From the human T2T-CHM13v2.0 reference genome, Homo sapiens: 64,000 nucleotides of DNA. The stretch is from assembly GCA_009914755.4 (NCBI GenBank), contig CP068257.2, positions 43,584,001 to 43,648,000 of the forward strand, written 5' to 3'. Below, piece by piece: positions 62,413 to 64,000 of the stretch; within the stretch, counting starts at the first letter, position 1; each line of letters opens with the position of its first letter. The notes below the pieces were generated by a model. The model ran no database searches, was not told the DNA's origin, and was given only the letters and a program-made list of their open reading frames with translations. Made by a program: the position numbers and the translations under genes.

Positions 62413-63119
62413 CTGGAAAACAAAACCCACAGCAGCTCTATCAGTTTATTTTGCTTTCACAAGGAAAACAAATCAAGTCTAGACACGCACACACTGTGGC
62501 TTGCTCCTGATGAAACGCGGCTGCTTTAGGAAAACTTACTGATTGTGACTGCAGATCGTGACATTCTAGTAAAATTTTAAAAGAAGCCCACGAGTGTCTC
62601 TCAGGCTGATGGACCACTGAGGCTTTCCCCATGATAGGGGCTGGCGGGATGGCCGGGGAGGCAGAGGGAGCCGGACAGAGGCAGCCCTGTGCACCTTCAG
62701 GGCCAGCCTGGCTGTGACCGTCAGCCAAGTCAACCGCGCCCTTCCCAAGAGCTCACCTGCCATGCTTTAGAGCCAGCTGCCCTGGCACTGGACACATGGA
62801 GGCTGTTAACTGACAGCTTTTCCACAGGAGGCCTGGTAGTGTCAGAGCCTTTAATGGCAATCGACACTTGGGACTGACAAGACCTCCATCCCTGTGGCAA
62901 CATCCAAATGCATGAAAAGACACAGGGAAAGAGGCACGGGGTCTCAGCCAGATGTTCATCACGGCCCATTCTCCAGGCCTCAGCACAAAGGGGAACCGCC
63001 TGTCAAGGACGAGGAACGGTGTGGGCAGCCACAAGCGCTACCACCACAAGGGCCGCCGCAACACTGTCAGGATGCCCAGGAGGGGACGCCCAGAACCCTG
63101 CATCAGCAACCAGCATGGG

Positions 63120-63310
63120 CAGCGAGGGCACTGCGGGGGAGGCGGTTGCGGCCGGGGGGAGTGGGGGGTGAAGACACCGTGGCGGGGGGAGGCGGGGTGC
63201 TGCAGGGGGGGCGGGGGGCACCCATGGTGGTGGGGAGGAGTGGGCGGGGGGCGCCTGAGGCGGGGGGGGGGGGGGACGCATGCGGCAGGGGGAGGTGGGG
63301 GGGCACCTGC
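63120..63310. repeat. G-rich low-complexity tract (runs of G5-G14 separated by short spacers) in the POFUT2 intron, starting about 30 nt from the 63338 exon donor
   Basis: gcggggggaggcggttgcggccggggggagtggggggtgaagacaccgtggcggggggaggcggggtgctgcaggggggggcggggggcac...gaggcggggggggggggggacgcatgcggcagggggaggtgggggggcacctgcggcaggggg. It is C-rich in the POFUT2 pre-mRNA. Confidence 0.9.
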
Positions 63311-63337
63311 GGCAGGGGGAGCAGCCTCAGCAGGCAC

Positions 63338-63482
63338 CTGTAGTACTCGTGCTTGTCCTGGGAGTACAGGAGCTGATCAATACACGGCCGCTCGTCCACC
63401 TTCTCTTCCCAGGTCCCTTCTTTCCACCCCTCTGCGTAACTTTGCAGGACGTAAACCTGGTCAATAAAGGGCCCACCAGATT
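63338..63482 (-). CDS. POFUT2: POFUT2 coding exon: (E)[47 protein letters not shown](R)
   Basis: 145 nt. The acceptor ag is the reverse complement of 63483-63484 (tctttcag). The donor gtgcct is the reverse complement of 63332-63337. Further 5' exons are outside the window. Confidence 0.8.
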
Positions 63483-64000
63483 CTGAAAGACACCAAGAAA
63501 AGCCAGGCAGTGTGACAGCGATCAGAAGCTCACTTACGGGCATGCATCAGTCACCAGCAGCTGACTCTTACTACTGTACACCACCCTATTCCCAAAGGGA
63601 GTGTAGGAGGCTCACAAAAGCAGAGACAGGGCAGAGCACATGCCATGAGGGCACAGGGCCATCAGCGTGCAACTGCAGCTGGCGGGGGGTGGTGTGGAGC
63701 TGGTACCCGATTCCCCGGCCCTACCCCTGCCTGGCTGCAGCAGGCCCCATCCTCACAGGGGCCCGTGTGAGCCCATCCAGCCCTCACGCCGTGGTCCAGG
63801 CTGTTCCCTGCCAGGACCACTCCCCTTGGGGGCTCGCCCTCCGGCCCTCTGTGAGGCCACTGTCCCCTACCCCCCTGGTTTCCCACAGCGCTCCTCACCC
63901 CCTCGGCCACCATCTACTGCACTGGTGTCCTGCCTCCCCCGGGGACAGAGGCTCAGGTGAGCAGGAGTCGTGCCTCTTACCCACGGCCCGACCCGCACCA

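Overview
This window reads as human genomic DNA. It contains about 16 full-length Alu elements plus an Alu-like module inside an SVA, several L1 elements with recognisable ORF1/ORF2 remnants, and an ERV remnant with paired LTRs. Two host genes anchor it. At 932-1111 (+) a 59-codon exon ends ...[60 protein letters not shown], which I recognise as the C-terminus of ADARB1 (ADAR2); it is preceded by a polypyrimidine tract and an AG acceptor. From about 45.5 kb to the end of the window, on the minus strand, seven coding exons with consistent GT/AG boundaries spell the C-terminal two-thirds of the O-fucosyltransferase POFUT2 (...[16 protein letters not shown]...[25 protein letters not shown]...THWKITY*). 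Its first exons and promoter lie beyond 64000. This arrangement (ADARB1 3' end, intergenic DNA, POFUT2 on the opposite strand) fits distal chr21q22.3. The rest is repeat-rich, GC-rich noncoding DNA. It includes a 42-bp minisatellite (3.37-4.79 kb, about 34 copies, 9 of them identical), and a cluster of 17-, 35- and 36-bp minisatellites. There is a class I (gammaretrovirus-like) ERV remnant with both LTRs, an integrase fragment and an Alu inside the 3' LTR. An SVA with a 17-bp target-site duplication sits about 20 nt from a POFUT2 splice donor. A roughly 5.6-kb L1 lies in the next intron, and a block of three L1 fragments carries nested Alus. I see no operon-like or otherwise undescribed biological system, and prokaryotic categories such as CRISPR do not apply. 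The most unusual items are a perfect 95-bp inverted repeat flanking a 593-bp spacer (8817-9599), a U2 snRNA 5' fragment embedded in a repeat, and the SVA placement next to a splice site. Almost every long ORF in the six-frame track is an artefact of minisatellites, Alus, L1 ORF remnants or GC-rich DNA. Coordinates of repeats are hand-read and approximate (about +/-10 bp); exon boundaries were checked codon by codon.
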